The position numbers and the translations under genes were made by a program. A stretch of 64,000 nt of DNA, taken from Hormiphora californensis. Lineage: Eukaryota; Animalia; Ctenophora. The DNA is taken from positions 7,564,001-7,628,000 of the forward strand of contig CM035352.1 in NCBI GenBank assembly GCA_020137815.1, written 5' to 3'. The notes below the pieces were generated by a model. It made no database searches and had not been told where the DNA came from. It saw nothing but the letters and a program-made list of their open reading frames with translations. Shown piece after piece: positions 1 to 12,318 of the stretch. Numbering within the stretch: the first letter of the stretch is position 1; every line of letters begins with the position of its first letter.

Positions 1-2
1 GG

Positions 3-1265
3 TCCTGCTTCTCCCAACCAATTGATGTGGCCAAAACAAGAATGATGAACCAAAAACTACAGGAAAATGCTTCTGTAAGTGGCTTTATTCTGTTTTGCAG
101 GGCGCGGTGAGACTTGGTCGGGTAACTGCAAGGCTCTTTTCTCTAACTGGAAAACTGTATTGTTATGATGCATACAATCTAGATCGATCTACTGATTTAT
201 ATTGAGGCAGATTGATAACTGCACAGTCTCACTCAATACACTCTATATAGTGATCTGGATTCTTCCATATATACCTATTAGCTGTTCAGACTCTGTACGT
301 GCACCTCATGTCTCAACACTAATAAGAAGAAGGGCTGTACGGCACCCAATTTGATTCTCAAATCTTAGCGCTTGACAGTGCGCTCAGATGGAGTCACGGC
401 GCCAGGCAGAAGATGGGGCGTGTAAGTGTAAGTGGGGGGGGGGGTTTAGATTTATTGGTTTAGTGGTTTGATCACTTTCAGTTAGGGGGGGGTTGACACA
501 ACATGTAACATGTGTAACACATATTGGGACACTACATGTGTAACATATCCACTTGCATTTCCTTTATCAAAGACAGTGCGGCGGTGCAGCTCTACAGACC
601 AGACGTTAGCGTGTGTTAAAACAGATACCATATGTTAATCTCTCCACCCCCTCTCTCTGACCTCTCTCTCTTCCCCCTCTCTCTTTCTCTCCTCTGTGTG
701 AAGCTAGACGTGTTGGTGGTGTTGGTACTTGGTGTTGGTGCATTTTAATGAAACTTCTTCACTTGTTGCAAGGAACAAGTACCATGAATTATCCAAGGAT
801 CAAGTACTGCTAGGATACCATATATTATCTCCAGGGAATGATAGGATACTACACCTAGGAACTAGGCAGGGGTTAGGGTATTCGATGAACTAACCTCCCT
901 TCAATTCATTCAAGTTTTATCAAAGTTCATCCACACAACAAGTGCCACTTCAATGATGATAACAACTTCCCAACTGTTGCCCTGCTCGACCCTGTTTCAC
1001 TGCACCCCGGAGGGTTAGAACATAGCAACCCAACTGTACAACTATACTAACTCCCCCCCCCCCCCCCCTCCAGGTCCGACTGTACAAGAGTGTGAGTGAC
1101 ACCATGATATGTACTGTAAAGCACGAGGGGCTCCCAGCTCTATGGAAGGGCTTCATACCAACTTTCTGCCGGCTTGGTCCCTGGAACGTCCTATTTTTCA
1201 TGAGTTTGGAACAGTTTAGAGTGCTGGATAACAAAATTAATGGAAGGACTAAAGCTGTCTTTTAG
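3..1265 (+). CDS. SLC25A30: Mitochondrial carrier, UCP5/BMCP1-KMCP1 (SLC25A14/30)-like; last two exons, 5'-partial
   Basis: Exons <3-74 and 1074-1265, GT..AG intron, phase 0. Translation: SCFSQPIDVAKTRMMNQKLQENAS|VRLYKSVSDTMICTVKHEGLPALWKGFIPTFCRLGPWNVLFFMSLEQFRVLDNKINGRTKAVF*. The Px[DE]xx[KR]xR carrier signature and KHEG..RLGPWN..FF..EQ match repeat 3 of SLC25A14/30. The choice between the two paralog names is arbitrary. Confidence 0.85.
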
Positions 1266-2603
1266 AAGACTCATCTCTTTATTATCGTGTAATAGAGTCT
1301 CATCTGGCAGCTGTTGTTGAGTTACTCAACAAGTCAGCTGTCTGCCTGAGCAGACTCAATCTTTCAGCTGTCTGGAGGCACTGACCCTGTTTTTGAGCGT
1401 GCGACAATGCGCTTAGATCAGGTCGGCGCTGGCAGACAGACAGGGTGTATCAGGAACATTTATATATTATGTAACTGCAGGTGTTTTTGTAAATTGTGAC
1501 AGTGTTTTGTGACAGTGTGTGACAGTGTTTTGTGAGCGTGTGTAGATTTGTATATTTAGAAGCGTATTGACTCCATTTGAATCTTTATATCATGTTTTAG
1601 CTGTCAGAGCATTGGCCTGACAGTGTTTTAGTAGGGGGCTGATTCTTTTGATGAGTGCCCCTGATATTGGACCTACCATTTATTTGTAATTTAGATTCCG
1701 TGTTTTTCTTTGATATTCAGAAAATAACTTGGCTTCCCCTTTATAGCTATGGACTTCTAAAGTCAGCGTGGAACCTGATAAAGTGTGATCAATGGATAAA
1801 TCTACTGATACAGTGTGGCAACAGCAGATAAATCTACGGTTGTCGGAAATGAGGTTGATTCACCGCTGAATAATATGTAGGTTTTTTTGAAACCCGGGGG
1901 GGGGGGGGGGGTGTGAAAGAGGCGTCTAGATATGGTCAAGTAAGACTACTAACTGACCCCATTTTGATGCTGAGCAGGCGACAGTGCGATCAGATCGGGT
2001 CGGCCGCGCCAGACGGTCGGATTGTTAGTTGAATTGTTAGTTGAATTGTCTGCATCTCACTATTATAGTGTAAACACAAGTCCCTCATTGTTGGTAAAAC
2101 TCCAGGAAAAGTGAGGGGGATTAGGGTCGTAAAATTCAGTGACCATGTGCATTGGGCAAGGAAAAGTGAGGGGCGATAAGGCCCGTGAATATAGTGAGGG
2201 GGCATGCTGTTTTCTCGCAACGTTAAAAGGTTTAGGGACTAGGGTGATCACCGGTTTAGGATCCAATGGCCAATTTAGGTCTATCTGATCAGGTACAAGA
2301 TACAAAACACACAGATCTATAATCCTTGAGCACAAATAAATGCAAATTAAAATCTCACAATTCACAATACTCGGGTAAAAACAACAGACATATCCCCCCG
2401 AAAACAAAACATATTTCAATAGATCACATGTATCTGATAGAGCATCCAAACCTCTGATTGGGTAATTCAACAACATCTGATTGGTATCCCAGCCTCTGAT
2501 TTCGTTGAGTAACTCAGCTTGGTACATGTATTATCTGACCATGTGCTGGAACAAAAAGCAGCATCTTTGCAGTGTGGGGCACAAACAACAACAACTTCTG
2601 AAC

Positions 2604-2687
2604 CTAGTCCCAGGATTGGTCACCATGGCAACCCCGTCCTAGTCCCAGGATTGGGTACTCAACATGAACAACTAATCCCATGATTGG
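2604..2687 (-). repeat. Triplication of the receptor's last codons plus stop codon into the 3' UTR
   Basis: Functional CAA TCA TGG GAT TAG at 2687-2672; copies CAA TCC TGG GAC TAG at 2654-2639 and 2619-2604. Confidence 0.8.
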
Positions 2688-5600
2688 AAGCCCTGATCAC
2701 TTGCATCAGTTAAATAACAAACAGAATCCCGTGACTTTTGAAGTGAGTCCTGCACTCCAATCAGATCCTTCCTGACCCTGAGACTAGTTAACCGTGTAGC
2801 CGGGTCACCAGCCCAGCACTCTGATATCAGTCTACTGAGAGGGGATGGCAGGATCCCGGTCAGGGAGGGTCTAGTCCGTGAGGTCACAACAACCCCCTCC
2901 ATATCCTGTATAGAGGGGTCAGTGGGGACATTCTGTTGATAGGGGTACTCGTAGGGCAGATCACTCACCCTCCTTCCTATCTCCCACATGACTAAGCCCA
3001 ACATGTACATGTCACATCTCCTGAATGATTCAAATGTAGTCAGGTTGATTGTTGAGGATAATATCTCGGGGGCCATGTACCGGCGTGTCCCAACCGTGTA
3101 GTGGAATGAAGGCTTGTCTGGGAGTTTATCAAAGTAGTCAGACCGGGCTGATAACCCAAAGTCAGCTATACTACATTCTGAACCGTGTTCTGTGGTCTTT
3201 ATTAGGATGTTCTTGCTTTTCAAGTCTCGGTGGGCGATGGAGGGTTTGGCAACTGATGATCTGATCTCTGTGTGAAGGTAGTCCAGACCAGAGGTGAGGG
3301 AGAGACAAAGTAGAATGCACTCCTGAGGGGAGGGGTGTTAGGTATAGACTAAGTAGAATGCACTCCTGAGAGGGGGAGGGGGTGTTAGGGAGAGACAGAG
3401 TAGAATGCACTCCTGAGAGGAGGGGGTGTTAGTTGAGAGCTTTCGTTAGAATTTAGAGCCTAGGCCTAATTCAAATGTTATTTTGTACTATTTCTACTAC
3501 TCTCTCGTAACGTCTCTATCCCCTACCTCTTGTGTTATGGTGTTGGTTTGTAGGAAATCAAAGAGTGATCCCTGGGGGTGGTAACTGAGAACTAGGTAGT
3601 ATTCCATACTGGTCACACAATCTTTCTGGTCCGCACCTGGATAGGGAGATAGAGTGGTTATTAGTGTGTTGATTAGGCCGAGTTGATTAAAAGTGAATAA
3701 TACAACTAGTACACCCTCACAGAGCCCACTACAGTGTGAGCCACACTGACACAAATACAAACTCACCGATGAAAGATAAGATGTTATCGTGACGTAACCA
3801 ATAGTTCTGATACATCTCAGCCTCATGCCACCAACTCGCCTCCTCTCTCCTACTAAACACTTTCACGGCCACCTGACCCCCCGCTCTCCAGTTGCCCCTC
3901 CACACAGCCCCATACCGGCCCTTTCCTATCCGCTCCACAAATGTGATCTCTCTGATTAGGGTCCGTTCTGTTAGTCTCGTGTTGCCAGAGCCGCTGGAAC
4001 ACGATGACGTCATCTCCTGGCCAGGAACCGGCTGAAGAGAAGGTTGTGTGTATTATAGTTGTTGTGAAGAGGGTTGTGGGTATTAGTTTCTGTGAAGAGG
4101 GTTTTTGTTAGTTGTTGTTGAGAGTTAATAAAGTCTACTATATATGTCAGTTATAAGTCACCAGTATGAGTTACCATTTAAGACCTTTTGTCAACCAATA
4201 TGTCAAGATAGGATGAGAGAACCGCTATGAATGGCAACTGCTCTTCGAACCAATCGAGAGTACTTGTCTATTTAGTCGGTATATAAATCCATTTTGTTGT
4301 TGTTGTTGTTGTGTAGAAGGTTGTGTATTAGTTATTGTGGAGAAGGTTGTGTGACGTGTGTTAGTTGTTGTGTAGAAGGTCGTATATTAGTTGTTGTGTG
4401 CCCCCGGTTGTTGAGTGCCCCCGGTTACTGTTTGGATTTAGTGCCCATTCCAAATTGAACTCTTACACGGTCGCTTGTAGTGGAAAAACGGTAATGGAAA
4501 ACGGAGATACAGTAAGACGACGCGCAACCGTGGCCAATCAGGGCGCTAGTACGTGCTGAACAAATGCACTTTTTGCCACGCGTTATGCAAAGTTTGCGTC
4601 TCGTTACAGTATTTCCATTACGGTAATGCGACTACAAGCAGCACTGTTAGTATGAAATAAGTATTCCCTCCCCTCTGTCTCTTCTTACCTGCCATCCCTG
4701 CGTTGAGAAGCCTGGTGCCATTATTACAGGGGGAGGACTTGGTTTGTTCTTATTGTGGGTATGGGATCTGCAGAATCGTGCTAGTAACATGGTACCCATC
4801 GCCATTGCTGGGAGAAGAGAGGAGGTTAGCGTGGGGGAGGAGAGGAGATTCAGATAGGGTGCAAAACAATAAAAGATAAAGTTTAAGGGGGGGGGGTAAC
4901 ATAGGGTGTAACATGGTTCCCATTATCAATGGTTGGAGGGAAGGGGAGATTCAGTTAGAATTCAAAACAGTCACAGTACAGAGAACTATTGAAGAAGATA
5001 AAGTGGTTACAACATGTGGTTAGTGGATGACACAGCTAGATAGGATTCAAGACTCACCTACAAGAAAGACAGCTAGATAGAATTCAAGACTCACCTACTA
5101 GAAAGACAGCTAGATAGGATTCAAGACTCACCTACTAGAAAGACAGCTAGATAGGATTCAAGACTCACCTACTAGAAAGACAGCTAGATAGGATTCAAGA
5201 CTCACCTACAAGGAAGACAATTCCCCCAACAATGTAAAGTGGGTAGGTAGGAGTGTTGTTTCTACTCTCACCACCCTTCCATCTGTCCTCTCTCCTGGGG
5301 TTCACTCCCTCAGTCACTACCTCCTCCTCCTCTCCTAACTCCCCGGGTGGGGTGATAGTGGTAGAGACGTGATCGGAGGTGGGAGGGAAGATTGTAGTGT
5401 CTAGGTAGTCTTCGTTACATAGCTCTCCCTGACAACACTGAGAGGGAGGGGGAGTGGGGTCAACAAACCATTAACTGTTATTGTGACATCACTGCGTGAT
5501 TGTAAGGTCATTGCGTGACTGTGACATCATTGCGTGATTATGTGACATCACTGCGTGATTGTGACGTCACTGCGTGATCATTGTGACGTCATTGCGTGAT

Positions 5601-6500
5601 TGTGCCGTCATCAGACTTACAACAAAGAGAGGGTCGTTAGGGCACAAGGTTGATTTCATGTACGCCAGGCCTATCTTGTTCTGGTTGAGGCAGCCTTGTT
5701 TCAGGACCACAAACTCTCCGTTGGTGTCCTTGTGCAGGCTTGTGAAGCAGAACCCAGAGGCAGAGAAACAAGTTCCTGTTTCATCGTGACACTGATTAGG
5801 GGTACATCTGGGGGGGGGGGGTGGGGGGTGGAGTAGGTGGCACTGGGGAGGTAGTGTGCAGTGTATGGGGGGGGGTACTGAGAGGGGGTGGTGGGGGTGT
5901 GTGGCTCGTGTATAGCGCTTTCAAGTCGGTGTCTACTCCCAATGGGGTGGAGGGGAGGTTTAAATGATAGTTCAATACGGCTGGGGGAGGTAGTCGTATC
6001 TAACCGCTCCGTGTATCATGCGGTTTGTGTCCGGTTTGTATTGGGACCCTTCCCAGTTGTTGCTAGTATATTCTACCGTAATGGTTCTTAGCATCAAGCA
6101 TTCTTATTCTTAATGTTTGAATTTAGAGTAACGTTGCCACCACTCAAAGACAGCGATTTGAAACAAATATTCACTGTGATTGAGACAACGAACAATAAAG
6201 CCTCTGCTAAGGCGGCAAGTTTGTTCCATGGTTTGGCCACGTGTCGTCTTACTGTATCTCCGTGGGATCTCCGTTTTCCATTACCGTTTTTCCACTACAA
6301 GCGACCGTGTACCCAATGAGGTTCTGTGACTGGTGGGGAGGGTTCTAAATCTCTTACTTGCAATTAATGGGTGGCGGGGAGGTGGTAGCGGTATCCTCAA
6401 CACCAGCTACCGTATATGGCATGTCCGTGTATTGTGGTCCAGGGTTGGTGGGGGTGATTGGGAACCCTTCCACAGAATGTTTTGGGGCCCTATTGTGTTG
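2672..6500 (-). CDS. TGF-beta/activin/BMP family type I receptor Ser/Thr kinase (N-terminus not resolved)
   Basis: Exons 6500(?)-6358, 5807-5621, 5437-5206, 4807-4689, 4031-3767, 3636-3527, 3322-2672, all GT-AG and phase-compatible. Cys-rich ectodomain with CCQGELCN box, TM segment ([20 protein letters not shown]), GS box SSCSSGSG, and kinase motifs [43 protein letters not shown]. Confidence 0.93.
3301..3432 (-). repeat. Triplicated splice acceptor plus exon start (43-47 bp units) of the last kinase exon
   Basis: Three copies of ctaacacccc..ctcag|GAGTGCATTCTA, with exon starts at 3412, 3365 and 3322; only 3322 reads through. Confidence 0.85.
4466..4646 (+). mobile_element. Short MITE-like element in a receptor intron
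   Basis: Imperfect terminal inverted repeats (cacggtcgcttgtagt / actacaagcagcactg) with TA flanks. A second copy lies inverted at about 6054-6309. Confidence 0.55.
5030..5219 (-). repeat. 37-bp tandem array carrying five copies of the TM-exon splice donor
   Basis: ctcaccta occurs at 5053, 5090, 5127, 5164 and 5201 (period 37). Minus-strand unit: GTGAGTcttgaatcctatctagctGTCTTTCTAGTAG. Confidence 0.92.
5480..5612. repeat. ~20-bp intronic minisatellite (ttgtgacatcactgcgtga)
   Basis: About 6 degenerate direct copies filling most of a short intron. Confidence 0.8.
6054..6309 (-). mobile_element. Second, inverted copy of the 4466-4646 MITE family
   Basis: 6235-6309 is the reverse complement of about 4466-4535 (gtcgtcttactgtatctccg..ttttccattaccgtttttccactacaagcgaccgtg); the other end is degenerate. 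Confidence 0.55.
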
Positions 6501-6519
6501 CTACAGCAGTAATGGGTTC

Positions 6520-9330
6520 CTCTACCTTTGGGCAAAACATGTTCATGGGGTTGAGTGTCTGTATAGGGAAATTTTGGAGAAATTTTAAGGCTAAATTTTC
6601 AAACCACTGCAAATGGGACGAATTTTGAAGTTGTCAAACACTAAATGGAACAACGAATTTAAAAAAAAAAATTTGGGGAAATAAAAAATCTACAAAACTA
6701 AAAAAAGGGCCGATGTACACAACATTATTCCAAATGGGAATTTGTGTCCCCTCACCCGGTTTTTAACCAATTAGTTGGCAAAATTTACTAGTTTTGTTGT
6801 GGACAACCCTTTGACCCAATAACCACCTCCAGTATCCGCCCCCCACTATCCAGTAGTAGAGTCACGCTCCCTCCCTCATATATATCCCCCTCCTCCCGTG
6901 TACCACCTCCCCCACCCGGTCCAGTAACTACCTATACGTCATGACCACGATAATTAACGGGGTTACAAAAGATCAAAAAGGGTGTCAAAAAGGGAAGGGT
7001 GGTTGAGAAAACACACTCTTGGAGCTTGTAAGAGATGGTTGTAACAAGGAAAGTTATATACTTTTATTAAAGGAGAGTTACATGCTTTCAGTAGGGGAGA
7101 GTTACATACTTTTATTAAAGGAGAGATACATACTTTAAGTAAAGGAGAGAGAGTTAATTTGAGTAAAAGGTTAGAAACCCAAGGGGTAAAAGGGGAAATT
7201 ATGGCTAAATCCCCTTTTGGCACCCGCTCACTCCACAGAACCAAAACCCCAGAGAGAACAACCACAAGTACAAAAAAACACACGAACACAGGGGGGAAAA
7301 GAGAGGAGAGAAGTTTTTTACAAATAAAAACACCACATAGTCAGAGTGAGTTACAGGAGTAACAAGAGTACAATGTACAGCTGTCTGGGTGTACTGTAAT
7401 GTTGACGGGGGTAATATTCAGAGCACAATCAAAAAGAAGGATAACTTTACAACGAATGGAAAGAAATGAAGAGAAGAGAAGGCACAACAATAAAGCAAAG
7501 CAAAAAGGGTGAAAAAAAAACAAAACATTGGGGGGTTGGGAAACAGGTGGCTTTTTAAATTCCGACAAACATGCCCGGGTACAAAAGATTGGGGGGAAAA
7601 CTTTTTAAGTAAAAGCGGAACCGGGAGATAAAAGCGGCCCAGAGTAGGGGCGGACCCAAGAATGGGCCCGGGCCCAAAGATAAAACATCCATATAGAAAC
7701 GGGCCCCGGGTAGAAGCGGACCCAGGAAAGGTAAGACAAAAAGCTGGAAACTAGGGAAAATTATGGGGCAAAATTGGTTTTTCCTGGTTTTTTTCCTATA
7801 AAACCCGATGTGATTGGTTTTCCCGGTTCCTTCCCTTTTCTCTCTCTTCTCCTCTCTCTCCTCTCCTCTTCTTCTCCCCTCTCTCTCTCCTCCCTTCCCT
7901 CTCTCTCTTCTCTCCCCCCTTTTCTCCCAGGGGGGGTCCTTCCTGGTTGTAGGGCCTTGGGGAAATTGGGGGCCTATCGCTGCTTCCCTTTTTTTTTCCC
8001 TTTTTTTTTCCCCCTCTTCTTTCTCCCCCTCTCCTACTAAACAAATGTCCCCTTTTTTTTGGTGGCCCCGGGTTTTTTTTTTAAATTTGGGGAAAAAAAG
8101 GGGGGGAGGAAGGAGGTAAAAATAGCCAGGTGGAAAAAAAAAAAGAACCAACCCCGGCCCCCCATTTATTCCCTTGGAAACCAGGGGTTTTATAGGGAGG
8201 GAAAGGAAAGGGCAAAAGAAGGAAAACAACAAAAGGAAAAAAAAAAGAAGGGGCCCCCGGAAGAGAGAAAACCCATTTTTTTTTGAAGGAAAGAGAGAAA
8301 GAGAGGAAGGAGAGGAAAGTAAAAAGGAAAAAGGAAGGAGAGGTTTAGAGAAGGGAAGAGAAAAGTGGGAAAATTAAAAAAGAGGGGCGAGAGAGAGAAG
8401 AGAAAGAAAATAGAAGGGGAGGAAGAAAAAAATTAAAGAGAATTCGAAAAAAGGGGGGTGGGGGTAATGGAAAAGCTTTCCGGGGGAAAAGGGGGCTTGG
8501 TTTTGGGGGGAAAAGGGGGAGGCCTTGCCCAAAAAGGGGGGGTTTAAAGTTAAGGGGGGAAAACTAACCCCTAGGGGGGTTTTTTTGGGGTTGGGGGTTT
8601 TTCTTAGTGGGTTTTTTCGCCCAGTGTTTTTTGGAAGGGGTAAAAAGAAATGGGGGGGGAAAAAGAATTTTTTAAAAAAAAGGGGGGGGGGTTAAGGGAT
8701 TTTTTTTTTTTTTTTTGTTTTTTTTTTCCCCTTTTTTTTCCCCCCTTTTTTCCCTTTTTGGGTTACAACCTCATTCTTTTCCCTCCCCCCCCCCGGGGGT
8801 TTTGGGGGAACCCTGGGTTTTAAACCCCGGGAAAAACCGGGGAATCACCATCCGGGAAGGAAAAACCCCCAAAACTGGAACATTTGGAAAAAATTTTAAA
8901 GTCCCCATCCTTTTACCCTTATATTTTCCCCCCCACCTCTACTTTCCCCCATATTATCCCCCCCACTTTTATTTCCCTTCCCCCCACCCCGCCGGTCCGT
9001 AACCACTCTTTAGGGGCTTTTAAAAAAACTGGGGGTTTTTTTTTTTTGAAGGGGTTTTCAAAAATAAAAAAAAAACAAAATGGGGAGGGGAGGCCGGTGC
9101 TAGATCAGGGGAGGAAGGAGGGAGGTTCTCTTCTAGGACCCCCCTTCAATAAAAGGTGATGAAAACCTAAAATTTGCAACAAATTGGCAAGATAACGGTA
9201 GTGTTTCACAGTCCACAATATGGGGACCGAGATAGTAGGAGACACTAGCGTGGTATGCGCAAAAAAATGTGCGCCACATACCTAAAAAAAAAGGTGGTTG
9301 TGGGCGGCATTTATTGGCGTACACGATAGT
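6520..9330. other. Probable low-quality, homopolymer-inflated sequence
   Basis: Abrupt excess of long A/T/G/C runs. The receptor's signal-peptide exon cannot be recovered here. Confidence 0.6.
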
Positions 9331-10019
9331 GTCTCCCTAAAAAGGGAGGAGTTCTGATAACATCACACACACGGAGAAAATAATTCTGAGGATCCCGCTT
9401 CGTGCACAAATGTCCAAAGAGACAAACGACAATGTAACACGGATTAGATCCTCTAATTCTCTAAATGGATATGCACTGAATGGAGGAATAATGCACAAAG
9501 AGAGGAGTGAGGAAAAGAATAACGAAACCTAATGCATTTTAGTGAATGGCATCTACGTTGCACCGGCCCAGTAAGCGAGACAGTGCCATTATAGGCCCCA
9601 GATACACACAGGGCCCAGATACACACAGGGCCCAATAACACACAGGCCAAAAGTAGTACCCGGTTGTTTGGCGCCCAACACTTTTTTAAAGTGCCTGTTA
9701 ATGGACTTTTATAGGGAATAAAAATAATAGGGCCAGATAAAGGAGTAGGCCCAAATTAGGTTGTTCAGGGGCCCCCCATACGTGGTAATGGTATTGAAAA
9801 GTGGTTCAACTCTCGCTCCCTTTCTTTTGAAAACAACAAGGTCCCGGAAGAAGGGTGAAAAACCTATTGAACAAAACTTGGAACTGTGCCCAGAACCTAA
9901 CGAACAATAGGGGGGCGGGTTCAAGGTTCAATCTAGCTCAATCTAAAACAAAAGGTCTGTTTTCTAGGCAACTGCTGCACTACAACGCACACCCTACTCC
10001 TTTCAGTCACTCACTTAGC

Positions 10020-10061
10020 TCTCTCACTCTCTCTCTCTCTCTCTCTCACCCTCTCTCACTC

Positions 10062-10115
<54 letters not shown>
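10020..10115. repeat. (CT)n microsatellite
   Basis: Direct inspection. Confidence 0.9.
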
Positions 10116-10118
<3 letters not shown>

Positions 10119-12178
10119 GTAATTACGTGCGTTATTTCCGCCTCACTTCAACTCTACACGTGATGGCCCCCTCCGATATATACCCGGGAGTGAGTGTTAA
10201 ACAAGATATGCATCGTGTACCCTAATTGGGATCAGGAAATGATGGGATCCTATATCTTGGGAAAAGTGGGGAAAGCAAAAGAGCATGATGATGGTCGGAG
10301 AACACCTGGGTGTGTGATTCATGCTTGGTTCTCGTTGTTCTGGGTTGTCCAGGTAGTATGGATAGTGGATGAAATGGGCGGGAAAAGTTGTGAAGGCAGC
10401 TGTGCTATAATAATAGCTGGTATGGAGTTGAACTTCACGTTCCCTCGTGCGGAAAAAAGACATTAGTAAGACGTCAAGTGGGAAGGAGGCGAATGCAATT
10501 GGTAAAGCTATCTACAGGGTATCATCTGGTGCTGAAACAAAGTTCAAGGCAGTGAAGTAGGTCTTAGGAAGAAACAGAAAACCACCAGAAGTAGGGCGAG
10601 CAGTATTTTATGGTATGAAGCATAAAATAAAATGCAAAGACTTTACTACTACAGGAGGCATGTGAGAGAAATGCTGGAGACGAATGGTCCGGGAAGAATT
10701 GGAAATGTATCGACGTGCATTGAAAGTGTCTCACCACAGAGATAGACAGAGATAAGGAGGTTCACTGAGAGAAGCGTCCTGATCAAAGGTATGATGATGA
10801 CTTCACAAGTAGAGAGATAGGTGGAGAGAGAGAGAGGGAGAGAGATTAAAAAAGATAGTGGATTTCAAAGTGTGCAACAACCACTTAATTCATTTGATGG
10901 TGCTACAAGGTAAATTCCAGGGACGAAGCAGTTAGAAGACCTCTCTGATTTCCACCCTCTCTCTCTCTCTCTCTCTCTTCCTAAAATTTGAATTATCACG
11001 TGACTAGAGAGGTGTGGTTAGAACCCTCAGATCCATACCGCAAGATACAAAAACACACTGGATGTGATGAGAACCCCTCCTCTGAAACCTGGATCTGAGA
11101 GCTGGGTGAGGACACCTAGCCTTGATCTGAGAGTAGAGAGAGAGCTGGGGTTTCACAATCTGAGGGTGGAGCAACAAAACAGCAAAACTAAAAAGCACTA
11201 TTCCATAAACCCGGGTTCTGACCAACTGTCATCAACAGACCTATAACAAGCTACTACATGACAACTACTAGTGGTATAGTAGACCTACAAGCTGCACGTG
11301 TCCTCCACCAGGGAGTCTACTGACTCTATCAGCTGTCAGCAGTTTAAACTAGACTGAATATATCCTGTCAGTTAGCTGTAGTATCGTGGTTTTAACATTG
11401 AATGTCAAGTGTGCACCTCCCATGATAGGATGGTGTTCTTCTATAACTCCAATCACGGCATGCTTCTTTTAGTCCGACTAATAATTATTAAGGATTCTAG
11501 AACGATTCTATAGTGTCGCCAGAACGTTGCAATATTCATGGTCGCCAGTAATGAAAAAATAGGAACACGCCTCAGAAAAAGAGGGTTGAGAAAGAGAGCG
11601 AGAGAGAGAGAGAGAGAGATAATAATACATGCCATTCTAATAGAGAAAAACTCACAGAATCATATTATATGGAGTCTTTACAGAAGAGTGCAGAAGAATT
11701 AGGCTACCCTGTCCCCTCTCTAACCCCTTCCGCACCCTCTCTAACCCCTGCCCCCTCACTCTAGCCCTGTCCCCTCTCTAACCCTGTCCCCTCTCTCTAG
11801 CCCCCTGTCCCATCCAATCCTATTTCAATCTGTCCCCAATCCCCTCTCTCTCTAGCCCCATAACCCTGTCTCACTCACTCTCTCCATTTAGCCCCATAAC
11901 CCTCCCTATTTTTCGAGTCAGCAGATCACAGCTGTAGGGGCTTATCAGGTGACGATTGTCGAGTATCTTCTATTCTGTTTAGCAAATCCATGACCTGTCT
12001 GTTTATCTATCCGTTTAAATAATATTTTGGAGCCTAAATCTTTTGGGGGAGGCACAGTGTGTCACCTCACAACCTCACTAAGAGGTTCTAGAAGGGTGAA
12101 TGGTATGGGATGGGAGCCTGCGTGTGAACTTTTATAAAGAGGGTGGGAGAGTGTGGAGGAGTGTTCCAAGTTCCTGTG

Positions 12179-12318
<140 letters not shown>

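Noticed and set aside
6520-9330. Long F/P/K/G-rich ORFs (e.g. 7555-8232)
   Set aside because: They arise from homopolymer-inflated, probably low-quality sequence and show no family motifs.
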